Shown here: positions 48,945-60,599 of the stretch, in pieces | How positions within the stretch are numbered: position 1 is the stretch's first letter | How the letters are laid out: each line of letters begins with the position of its first letter | Origin: Leucoraja erinacea | Lineage: Eukaryota | Length of the DNA stretch: 64,000 bases | Direction of reading: 5' to 3' | Assembly: GCF_028641065.1 (NCBI RefSeq) | Contig: NC_073391.1 | Coordinates: forward strand, 14,384,001 to 14,448,000 | Made by a program: the position numbers and the translations under genes | Notes under the pieces: generated by a model | The model's input: only the letters and a program-made list of their open reading frames with translations | Database searches by the model: none | What the model was told of the DNA's origin: nothing

Positions 48945-49350
48945 AATTTAGAGGTGCGAACGGACTTCGGAATACTGTTGAAGGATTCCCAAAAAGTTAA
49001 TATTCTAGTCCCCTTGAAATAAATGCTAGCGTTGTGATTGCCTTCCTTACTACCGATTGGACTTGCAAATTAACTTTATACAAAAACAGGGATGTAATGC
49101 TGTGGCTTTATAATGTGCCAGTCAGACCGCATTTGAACTGTTGTGAGCAATTATGGGCCCCATAAATGAGGAAGGATGTGCTAGCACTGGAGACGGTCCA
49201 GAGGAGGTTTACGAGAATGATCCCAGGAATTAGTAGATAAATATATGATGAGCATTTGATGGCACTGGGCCTCTACTCGCTGGAGTTTAGAAGGATGAAG
49301 GGAGACCTCATTGAAACTTACCGAATAGTGAAAGGCTTGGATAGAGTGAT
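48945..49350 (+). mobile_element. Rearranged CR1 fragments
   Basis: ggatgtgctagcactggagacggtccagaggaggtttacgagaatgatccc, homologous to 30950-31130. Confidence 0.7.
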
Positions 49351-49566
49351 GGTATTATGGAAGAAGTGCTTCTCTGATTGATTTAGTACTTCCCAATCAA
49401 GCTATACTATATGCAGGGCCTCTGGACAGTTCCTCCTGTGGCTGAGGCCTGTTTAAAATTGGAAATTTGACGTGGCATAATGGTATTTGAGCAGCCTCTT
49501 GAGTTATATGTGCAAGTGTGCCCATGTATTATGATCTCTGTAAATTAATTTGTTTTTTAGATATCA

Positions 49567-50437
49567 CTAGACCAAGTGCAGAACCGTTGGGTCTGTTTCC
49601 CCAACGGCGTTTGCGGGGGGGGGGCTGCAGCATCACACTCACATTAACCACCCCCCAAACACACAGGTGGGGTTAGGGGGGGGTGAGAAGAGGGGAGAGG
49701 AGGAGGAGGAAATGGGACAGAATTGGGAGGGAAAGGAGAGCCGGGTAGGGGGGGGTGAGAGAGGGGGATGGGGAGAGAGATGGGGGGGGGGGGGAGGGGG
49801 AGGTAAAATAGGGGGGATGGAGGGAGGGAGGGGGAGAGGGGTAGGGGGAGAGAGGGGAAAGAGTGGGGAGGGAGAGTGGAGGGGGAAGGGGGGAGAGAAG
49901 TGGAAGAGTGGGGAGGGAGGGGTAGGGGGAGTGGTGGAAGAGGGACAGAGAGGGGTAGGGGGAAAGGGGGGGGGGGGAAAGGGAAGGGGGTGGGGTAGAG
50001 AGTGAAGGGGGGTGTGGGAGAGAGGGATGGGTGGGAGAGGGAGAGGGGTGAGGAGACGGAAACATAGAAACATAAGATTCTATAAGATCCCCCCTCAATC
50101 TTCTAAATTCTAGCGAGTACAAACCGAGTCTATCCAGTCTTTCTTCATATGAAAGTCCTGACATCCCAGGAATCAGTCTGGTTAACCTTCTCTGTACTCC
50201 CTCTATGGCAAGAATGTATTTGGGCATTGGGCATTGTGACATCACACGATGGAACGCTCACCAGGGGCTGGGGCTGGGGCTGGTGCAAAGGCATATGTAA
50301 ATGGTTCCATTCCGATTGGACATCTGCGAGCATTGGGCATTGTGACATCACACGATGGAACGAATCAAAAGGCAGAAAGGCAGCCGGACGGACGCCGGAC
50401 GGCAGGCGGCAGCCACACAGTTTTAAATATAGATAGA
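49567..50437 (-). mobile_element. Non-autonomous Helitron
   Basis: Minus strand starts TC and ends CTAG, inserted between A and T. Subterminal hairpin CCGTTGGG...CCCAACGG at 49584-49607, 13 nt from the CTAG. No TSD. Confidence 0.8.
49670..50060. repeat. Polypurine G-rich low-complexity tract
   Basis: Almost pure G/A sequence with many G-runs. Confidence 0.9.
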
Positions 50438-51423
50438 TTACAGTACTCTAAAAAATCCACAAAACTAAAAAGAATCAATCTATTGGAGCGATATACCTTG
50501 TTTATGGAGATTTTTTAATACAGATATTTAAAATGTACAATGAAAGTACATTTGCAATTGATTGAGAATTTCAACATTTGCTTGCTGTCCATATTTCATC
50601 ATTAACCTCTTTCCCAAGTTGTTTGGATGCCTATGCAGAAAATTGACCAATTTCTATATCCATTGCACAGTATGCTAAATCATTTCAACTAACAGAATGA
50701 AACATTATACCTCTGTTAGATTTCCTTTATATGCGCATAGGATGATGTGTAAAATTCAAACCATTCCTTTTAATAAACATGAAACATACTATTCCTCATT
50801 CTGAAGTAGGTTATGGAATCAATCTGAAGTTTTTTTTTAAAGTTAGCACTGCCAGAAATACAATATTTAAAAGAGCTTTTGTGAAAAATAATCTTTCAGC
50901 ACAGAAACAGCACTGGATACATTCCAGAATGGAATGCCTTATGCGAACAAGATTTGTGATTGAAAATCTGAAATTATTAAAAACATCTATCAAAATGAAT
51001 GAAAACTACTTTTAAGCCATTATGCTAGACAGAAGCCCTGAAAATAACTTTTTGATGTGGTAGATTTTATTTAGGTGCAACAAGGAAATGGAAGCCACTG
51101 CTTAAAATATGATTAGCACATAATGTGAGTATGATTAAATTCCATTCAACTCACACGATCCACATTTAATTCCAGATGTGATGGGAAGTAGGATTTGTAT
51201 GGAAAGAAGTTTTTAATTGAGTTATGGAAATTATGATAGTGCCATTTTGTCATAAGTTTTCAAACTTTGCCAAGTGATTTGTTCTCTTCAATGTGTTCTG
51301 CTGGGAGTAAAGTAGGTAATTGAGATCCTTCTCCCATCTAATATATTGATAACTTAAATTTATTGCAAGAAAAATTTAGGTTTCAAAGTTATTTACAAAA
51401 TTTTAACTATTGCTGTAGCCTTA

Positions 51424-52044
51424 AGGGCCTGTCCCACTTGGGCCTCATTTGCGCGTCATTTACTCATCATCCTAAAAATTGGTTGGCCCATCATGACGCG
51501 CACAAGGCGCGTGGTGAGGCGTGGTGGCGTATGCAGTGACGCACAGTAACGAGCGGCGCCCCAGGATTTTGGAATGCTCAAAATCTTTGCACGCCACCGG
51601 CGTCACATGTCCCTTGCGCACGCTGACGTACTGATGGCGCATGCTGATGTACTGACGGTGTACGTGTAGTGCTTGGTGATGCATGGTTATGCACGGTGAC
51701 GCACGGACATTGCCGAAGCTAATTTATTATTCGTCACCGTACGTCAACCTCCGTAACCATGCGCCACCCATACGTTGTCGGTGTGCCATTTGCGCTCAAT
51801 TTGAGCGCCGCACCACGTGACCACCCGGGTATAAAGCGCGCGTAGTTTTGAAAATTTCTCACTGGGAGATCGGACTAAGTATGAACGACATCACAAATGG
51901 CTCCCAAAAGAAGCAGGGCCCTCAAGAGCACTTGGCATGTGACTGGCGTACTGTTAAACGATTTTCGCGCGACAGTCGCTCGTCAGTCATGACCGGCCTG
52001 TTGCGTAAATGACGCGCAAATGATGCCCAAGTGGAACAGGCCCT
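51424..52044. mobile_element. PIF/Harbinger MITE
   Basis: ~40-bp TIR AGGGCCTGTCCCACTTGGGCCTCATTTGCGCGTCATTTA. 3-bp TSD TTA at 51421-51423 and 52045-52047. Confidence 0.9.
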
Positions 52045-52047
52045 TTA

Positions 52048-53500
52048 CAAAGCTTTAATGCTTGTTTTGCCTGACTTTTCCTCGCTTCTTTCCAATATTC
52101 TGTCCTACTGGTCCTGGACTCTCTAATATTTTGCAATCTTGACCCACATGGGCCATTTACGATCCCAGAGCACCTGGTCCCAATCTGGGCACTCGGCCAT
52201 TATGTAATGTTTCTGGACCCTATCCAAGGAGCTTGTGAAGCGACCGGGGTAAGGGTCTGGCGGTTCTGATGTGCAGTCAGGAGGGAGTATGGACAACCTT
52301 TGATTCCTTGGTGACTGTCTCACCCGCTAAATTCCCACCCAGTCGCTGTGAGTCACTTCACAGGAGGTTTGCTGAACACCCCTCAAGGCAGACTTGCAGA
52401 GTTTACCCTCACACCTGGACAATTTACTACCTCTTTAACAACTTGTACTGTTTCTCAATCCTATCTAAAGAGCTAGGGAGGAGACCGGGGTAATAGTCCA
52501 GAGGTTGTGATGTACAGTCAGGAGGGAGTATGGATGACCTTTGAATCCTTAGTGATCGTCTTCCCCACAAAATTCCCGCCCACTCCCTCTGCGACCACTG
52601 TTTTGTTCGGCGCGTCTGTGATTCGGGCAGGGTGGGACCACAAAAATTAACCACTCAACCGTGCCCACCCAGGGACGCCAAATTGTTGACCTTATTACCT
52701 CTATAAGGTATCAACTGACGTGTCGAACACAAGACTCTGAAACCAAGGTTTAATACAACTTAATCTTTATTAATATTCGAGTAACTTAAACATGTATGCA
52801 AACAATTGACTTCTAATAACTTCATTTACTTTACTATCTCAATATCACTTCTTAAACTAAATCACAAAACTCATGACTTGGAGTCAGATATTACCCGTAT
52901 GAATGAATTGGCCAGATTCATTCTGTTGGTAGGGGGTCGCCTTCTCTAAGCTTCGCTCAGGTTCTTCTTTCCTGCGATGGTTGTTCCCGGGTTTTCGCTC
53001 CCGATGTCTCGGACCGCCCTTCTTTTATACTAATTTTCCTACAATCTCCTAAAGGAAGCCTTTGTTCTAACCTAAGGCTCTCACAATTCTAAAGTCGATC
53101 ATTTTGAGTTGTCACTCATCCAAGTGCCGAATAAACAAAACGCATCTTCATTCTTTATCAGGCTAGGGAGTTCTTAATTATGTTCCCTGTTCATAAATTC
53201 ATTCTCATCATACAGTTCCTCTGCAAAATGACTGTTCTCAGACACCGTATCTTCTCAAGACCATACTGCCTAGCCATGAAGTTACTTGCAGCTCTGTTCT
53301 CACCAGATGCCCATCAAGTGACCATTTTCACAGTGCTTCTTTGATCTCCTGTTTCCAACGTTTCTTTCTAGCCAGCAGCTTACTCCCAAAGCTTGTCGGG
53401 ATACTTGACATCAAGTCTCCGGCTACAGTCTTAAATTAGCAAAATGCCACGATGGTAGAATTTACGCAATGTATACTGGAGTTAGTTACACATATAAATT
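52048..53500 (-). mobile_element. LTR-retrovirus/ERV-like 5' remnant: LTR, PBS, leader and possible gag start
   Basis: Minus strand: TATA GTATAAAAG (~53030), AATAAA (52766-52771), LTR end ...TCAACA at 52684, PBS 52663-52680, duplicated leader, short stop-interrupted ORF from ~52200. U3 boundary uncertain. Confidence 0.7.
52663..52680 (-). promoter_or_regulatory. Primer-binding site complementary to tRNA-Asn
   Basis: TGGCGTCCCTGGGTGGGC is the reverse complement of the vertebrate tRNA-Asn(GUU) 3' end GCCCACCCAGGGACG-CCA. Confidence 0.88.
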
Positions 53501-54121
53501 TGACTCATGTTGCTCTGAACTTTTGAGTACAGAATAGGAATGTAGTCGGCACTGCTAAATAAATTATAGAAAAGAAAAAAACACTAGAAAAATACATCCA
53601 ATTGACTGGGTACCCAGGAGACCAAAATAAATATATTTATTTAGAACTGACGATATTTTGGGTTTCCTTTTGTGTAAGTAGTCTTCAGACCATGAATATG
53701 TAATATGGTTGATTTAGGGCAAAAATGTTCATATCATTTCTTCCTTGTTTTTACCATTCTCTGTTGAAATTCAACTACCTTTGTAATTAGCTTTTTAAGC
53801 TACTTTGCTAGACATTAATCTTTATTTCTCATGGCATTCAAAAATAAAATCCCAGCCAGATCAGATGGCCTAATTCCCATCTGGTACACAGAACAATATA
53901 ATATAAAGAAGAATTAAGCCAGATTTGATTTGCCCTACCTGAAATTCAGATTTATAAAAGGCCAGGCGTCCTATAATGAAGAAGTGTAGTGGTTTGTGGT
54001 ATTGTTGAGTGAGGTGGCTAATAACTGAAGTTACATTTTCCAGAATTTTTTTTGGTTTATAATGTTGATAAGAAATGTGATATTATATGTGAACTTTGTG
54101 TCTTTTAGTTTTGAATGATAA

Positions 54122-54427
54122 CTTTAGTTTGGAGATACAGCGCTGAAACAGATCCTTCGGGCCACCGAGTCTGCGCTGACCAGGGATTCCCACACACTTA
54201 CACTATCTTACACACACTAAGGAAAATTTACAATTATACCAAGCCAATGAACCTACAAACCTGTACATCTTTGGAGTGTGGAAGGAAACTGGAGATCCCA
54301 GAGAAAACCCCCGCAGAACACGGGGAGAACGTACAAACGCCGTACAGTCAGCACCCGTAATCAGGGTCAAACGTGGGTCTCTGGCGCTGTCAGGCAGCAA
54401 CTCTACAGTGTGCCACAGTGCTGCCCC
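54122..54427 (-). mobile_element. HE1-like SINE
   Basis: Colinear with 29572-29882. Confidence 0.88.
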
Positions 54428-56821
54428 AGTATAACTGTATTCATTTTCACTACATATATTTACATATTTTCTCTTCTTTCCCTTCATGGAGATCTGAACT
54501 AAGCTGTAAAATCATTGCCTTGATAGAACTTTGTGGGATTGCAAAACTGATTTTAACGCATTTTTGAATTTCAAGAAAGTCAGCAAGTCAGGTAGCATCT
54601 ATTGAAGGACATCAACTTGAAATTTTAATTTTATTTTTCTCTTTTCGCAGATGTGGCCTCACTGCTGAATAGTTCTTGCATATTCTGGTGGTTTTTTTTA
54701 GATTCCCAGTTTTTGCAGTAACTTTCTTGATATTTTGAAATTATTTTAGTTTATCTTCAAGAAACAATGTTGACAGTTCTATTTTCTTCACAGTGGACCA
54801 GTAATAATCACTGTAGTATGGATATTTGAACTATATTTTTTATTTATAATTAAATAATTTGTAATTATCTTTACTTAATATCCTGATTGTGTTCAGAATC
54901 TGACCGTATTGTCCCCAGAAAAAAAACATTATCGAGAATCTTGCAGTATTTGTTGGCTATTTTTCAATCAGTGCCTGAAAATTTTATCAAGGTACCATCT
55001 GTAATGAAATTGTATTTGAATCAGTTTTTTTCCAATAGGAATGCCAGCAGAATGAGATCATTTAATTATGTGAAAGTACTTCAGAAATTCATTTTAAAGC
55101 ATAGTGGTAGTAAGACTAGATTTATAAACTTGTTGCAAAGGATATTGTATTTGCTACTGCATAAACATATTAAATGACAAAACATATTTGTACCTGTCGT
55201 AGGGCAATGCACAGAACAAAAATCCTGCAAAAATATAACCAAACATTTTTAAGAATCAATTTTGTAATTGTTAATTAATAAATTAATCTGTCAGTTTGAA
55301 TAAAACTGCTTAGTCTAGAAATTCTCTCCTATTGTACTTGCTCTTTTAAGTTCTGCACGATTGAATCAGATTGAAGCATTTGTTTCACATGAACTTGGTG
55401 AAATAGAACACGTCACTTTTAATGAGAACTTCTTGCTTGGACTTCAGTGCACTAAATGCCCCAGAACACAAAGCTTGATGGATGTAAATAGTAATGCCAC
55501 ACCTTTTTGAACCTCCCTTCTGGAATTCTATTTCATTAAAGAACAATATGGGCCACCAAAAAAAAATAATGTTTTAACTGTTTCATCAAGCCCTTAACAT
55601 ATGCAGGGTGCAAGGGTAGCAGTTTTTAGTGAAAAATAAAAATAAGTACAGTAGATGATCGATGTTATATTTTCATTAAATCTATTTTCAAAATGAGCAT
55701 GGCTTCATAGGAAATTTTAAATTAGTTCCTCAGTTATTGTTTGTGGATGATTAAATTCATCATTTGACCAGATCATTGATTTTTAGACAAAGACCATTCC
55801 GCTCACTTTAGTGTATTCTTTGGGATTACCTCCATCTCCAAAGTGGTAAACGGAATAACAGTATCATTTCTATTCTGTTACATCCTATTAACATTTTAAT
55901 TGAATTCAAATTCAGTTTACAAACTATTCCAATTCATTTTTGAAGAGCTACTATTATAAAACTTGTAATCATTAACAGCATAGCACATTTCTCTCCCCCA
56001 AAATAAATATGAATGTAGAAATATTTCTTTTTTTTTTAAAGAAGCAGGTCTGGAAATTTTCATTAAGTTCACTGTGAACTGACTCGGGCTAGGGAATTAT
56101 ATTTGATGTCTGGGTTTTGACGGCTCTTGCAAATGTTAAGGTTTTCTGGGAGTTGTCACCATTCCCTGAACACCGAAGAGAAACTAAAATGTTTGGTGTC
56201 CTTCCAACTACCAGTGTCATAACTCAAAATCCTCAAATTGATGAAAGAATAAAATTTGATTTATATTAGAGACAGGAATACAATTTTCTGCAGAACCATC
56301 ACATGGGCTGATTTTAATTGTGGAACCTCTGTCTTTTTCACAAAAGAAATGTGAGGAGGATCATTTAAAACAGGTCAGGCTGTGTTACTCCGACTGAACA
56401 AATGAATGGCCACGCTATTCCACCTCAGTTAAATCAATGCCATTATGCCAAGTCCAGTATATACATTGGAGGCACAACCTGGCTTAATCTCATTAAATTC
56501 CTGCAGGCACTGGTACCTCACTGTGATAGTCAGTGATAAAGCAGACACTATAATTTTCAACCGATTCAATTGAGAGACACTAACCTGGTACTTATCACCA
56601 GATGGTAACCTTTGTTAGTTTCGTGACATGAGAAATTGATCAAACTTGACTGGTGAGATAGATTAAACATCTCTGATTAGTTTCAGGAGAAATGTACAAG
56701 AAAAATAGATGTGTTCTCTTGATTGTGTCAGAATGGGCTTCATTATAGTTTGATACAGTGGCACAGTGTGGAGGTGGAGGTTGTCTATAATTCGCACCAG
56801 TAGAAAAACTTTTGTGCTTAC

Positions 56822-57945
56822 AAGGAACTGCGGGTCCGGAAGCATCTCTGGAGAACATGGATAGGTGATGTTTCGGGTCGGGACTCTTCTTCAGACTGAT
56901 CGTGGTGAGGTGGGGCGGAGGGGGGAGGGGGTGAGTTGGAAAAGAGGTTGGTGCAGAGTAAACCGTGAAAGTGATAGGTGGATTAAGGTGGAAGGGGACA
57001 GGGGAAGGGGAAAGATGGAAATGGGTGTGCATCCAGATGAGGAAGAGAGGGGGAAAAATGGGGGGGGGGGGGGGCAGTTATTTACCTAAGGCATGAGAAT
57101 TTAATGTTCATATCTGCTGGCTTGTAAGCTATCCAAGCAGAATATGTGTTGAGTGGCCTCACTCTGGCAATGGAGGTCCCAGGACAGAAAGGTCAGTATG
57201 GGAATGGGAAGAGGAGTTAAAATGGTTAGCAACTGAAAGATTCAGCAGGCCTTGACAAAATGGCTGCCTCATCCATACTTAGTCTCACAAAGTCTACATC
57301 AAGAGCACTGATTGTGTGGATGAGATTGGAGGAGGTGCACGTGAATCCCTGTATCACCGAGAAGAAATGCTGGTGTCCCTGGATGGATGTATGGGAGGAG
57401 GTACAGGGAAGGTGTTACATCTCCAGCAGTTCCAGGAAAAAGTACCTGGGCTGGACATTGTTTGTGTGGGAAGGGATGAATTGAATAAGGAGTTGCAGAG
57501 GGAGTGGTCCCTGCGAAAAGTGGAAATGGGTGGGGAAGGGAAGATGTGACTGGTAGTGGGATTATGTTGAAGGTTGTGGAAACGTCAGAAAATGATGTGT
57601 TGGATGGAGAGGCTGGTGGGGTGAAAGGTTAGTACAAGGGGAACTCTATCCTTGGTCTATGTGTGGGAAGGGATTTTGAAAGCAGAACTACAGGACACAG
57701 AGAACGCAGGAGAGGGATCCATCTATGTCAGCTGGCGGGAAACAATGTTTTCTAAAGACTGAGGACATTTATGACTGAGATGTCCTAGGATGGAAAGCTT
57801 TACCTTGGGAGCAGATACGGCGGAGATGGAAACATTTTGAATAGCGGATGGCATCTTTGGCCTAGAGGCATGTCGTAGTCCAGATATCTGTGGTAGTCAG
57901 TGGGTGTACAGTAGACATCAGTCAATAGTCTGTCAGAGATAGTCA
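56822..57945 (-). mobile_element. Penelope-like element 3' part (RT end, GIY-YIG region, pseudo-LTR)
   Basis: DRLLTDVYCTPTDYHRYLDY is homologous to 63630-63700; ORF end ...MNIKFSCLR* at ~57085; hammerhead-like motif at 56864-56897. Confidence 0.8.
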
Positions 57946-58429
57946 GAAATAGTGGTACTTTTGTAGTACTTTTGTAATAATTTGGAAGTTTTGATTTGAT
58001 GGTTTTATTTATGTTATTTTGTTCATACATTAAACTTTCAAAACTTATTGTCATGCTTGGGTTTGGTTGGTCTGACTTCTAATGCACGTCTTTAAAAATA
58101 AATTTAAAAATGATATGCTAAGTCTATCCTTGCAGAATGAATTCTATGTGATATGAATTGGCTGAACACAAATTGAAATGTATTATTCATTACATAATAG
58201 CCATTTTCCACTGGGTTTCAAAGTATCCTATTTGATAATGTCTTCTCATGCTATTGAAATGTTTCCAGATCAGCATATTTGAAGTCTGGAGATTCCTAAT
58301 GCTGATACATAGATGTAAAAGTGAGAGGCAATAAATTACCTTAACACATATTGTCATTGTTTCATTCAAAATCCATAGATTATGAAGAAAGGAGGGAGAG
58401 AGAAAACAGGGATTTATAGACTGATTAGC

Positions 58430-59455
58430 CATGCATCGGTAGTGATGAAGATGCGTGAGTCGATTGTTAAAGATGTTAAAACAGTGCATTTGGAAAGCAG
58501 TGACAGGATCGATCAGTCAGCATGGATTTACGAAGGGGAAGTCATGCTTGACTAATCTTCTGGAATTTTTTGAGGATGTAACAAGTAGAATTGATAAGGG
58601 AGAACCAGTGGATGTGCCGTATCTGGACTTTCAAAAAGCCGTTGACAAGGTCCCACAAAAGAGATTAGTGTGCAAAATTAGAGCACGGTATTGGGGGTAG
58701 GGTATAGATATGGATATAGATGTTTGGCAGACAGTGAGCAAAGAGTGGGAATTAACAGGTCCTTCTCAGAATGGCAGGCAGTGTCTAGTGGGGTGCACAA
58801 AGCTCGGTGCTGGGACCCCAGTTATTTACAATATATATTAACGATTTAGACGAGGGAATTAAATGTGACATCTCCAAGTTTGCGGATGCCACAAATCTGG
58901 GTGGCAGCGTGAGCTGCCATGAGGATGCTATGAGGCTGCAGGGTGACTTGGATAGGTTGGGTGAGTGGGCAGATGCATGGCAAATGCAGTATAATATGGA
59001 TAAATGTGAGGTTATCCACTTTGGTGGCAAGAACAGGAAGGAAAATTATTATATGAATGGTGTCAGATTAGGAAAAGGGGAGGTGCAACAAGACCTGGGT
59101 GTGCTTATACATCAGTCACTGAAAGAAAGCATGCAGGTACAGCAGGCAGTGAAGAAAGCTAATGGCATGTTGGCCTTCATTGCGAGAGGATTTGAGTTTA
59201 GGAGCAAGGAGGTCCTACTGCTGTTGTACAGAGCACTGGTGAGACCATTGTGTGCAATTTTGGTCTAATTTGAGGAAGGACATTATTGCTGTTGAGGGAG
59301 TGCAGCATAGGTTCACCAGGTTAATTTCCGGGATGGCGGGACTGACATATGATGAAAGAATGGGTCAACTGGGCTTGTATTCACTGGCATTTAGATGGAT
59401 GTGAGGGGATCTTATAGAAACATATAAAATTCTTAAAGGATTGGACAGGCTAGTT
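58430..59455 (+). mobile_element. CR1 LINE RT fragment
   Basis: QHGFTKGKSCLTNLLEFFE and LGPQLFTIYINDLDEG motifs; same subfamily as 19940. Confidence 0.9.
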
Positions 59456-59714
59456 GCTGGGGCGGGCGGGGGGGGGAGGCTGTACATAGTGCCGTCTGTA
59501 GCGGTCGTTTTCAGACCCCGATAACGGGAGATAAACGGAGGGATATCGATCGCTATTTACCGCGAGTACTTAGGTCCCGCGGTCGGAGCACTTTTTCCCG
59601 GTAAGTTTTCGCAGGCAGATCCGAGATTAGTTGTTAAAGACTTAATACTCTACAACAGGCTGGAATTAGTGACAATGTTTAATTGACTGTGTTATAGTTT
59701 AGGCCCTCAATTTC

Positions 59715-59755
59715 ATGAATGAATGTATGAATGAATGTATGTATGAATGTATGAA
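59715..59755. repeat. (ATGA/ATGT)n microsatellite running into assembly gap
   Basis: Direct reading of the sequence. Confidence 0.9.
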
Positions 59756-59910
59756 NNNNNNNNNNNNNNNNNNNNNNNNNNNNNNNNNNNNNNNNNNNNN
59801 NNNNNNNNNNNNNNNNNNNNNNNNNNNNNNNNNNNNNNNNNNNNNNNNNNNNNNNNNNNNNNNNNNNNNNNNNNNNNNNNNNNNNNNNNNNNNNNNNNNN
59901 NNNNNNNNNN
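59756..59910. other. Assembly gap (N run)
   Basis: 155 N characters. Confidence 1.
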
Positions 59911-60599
59911 GAGCTCCTCGGCCCACAGCCTAAAAATGCTGCTTCACTTTCTGAGTTCCTCCATCATTTGATTTTGTTGCCCTGGATTCCAGCATCTGCA
60001 GTCTCTTGTGTCTGACATATTCCATCCTGAGTTCATTATTTCCACACACTGGACCCTGTAAGTAATCTTCAAAGGCCTAACTTCATTTGGGCTCCACTGA
60101 ATTAATTTACTTTGCTTTTTGGAAATTGTATTTTGAAAAAAAGACTACAAGGAATAAATCAATTGCTGTTTGGTAATAGATCCCCTTTTGCTCCGTTTTG
60201 TTAGCCCCTGCTCACCCATATTAGTTTTATAACCTTTTATTGCCAAATCTGACAACTTTTAAGCATCTTAATTAACTGTTCTCTTAAAACTGCTATGATA
60301 TAAGATGCCATCAGCAGCATCAGATACAAACAACTATCTCCCCTCTGTTGTGAAACGCTGCAGCACTATCAACAGCATTTTCCCAAATAATTGAACAATA
60401 ATTAAATCACCAGGTCATACTGCTTTATCCTTGGATAGTAGAAATCTTATTTACTAATCTGAATGCAAAGCAAAATCAATAAAAGATTATTTGCTGAAAA
60501 TATTGGTGAATTGAATTTTCTCATTAGCAATGCTGATGTTGTTTTTAAACATTATCTAAGAAGATATTGATATGATAAATAAAGAATTCTGAACCAGTT

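Noticed and set aside
49639-50245. Pro-rich and Gly-rich ORFs
   Set aside because: Translation of a low-complexity polypurine tract joined to a CR1 fragment.
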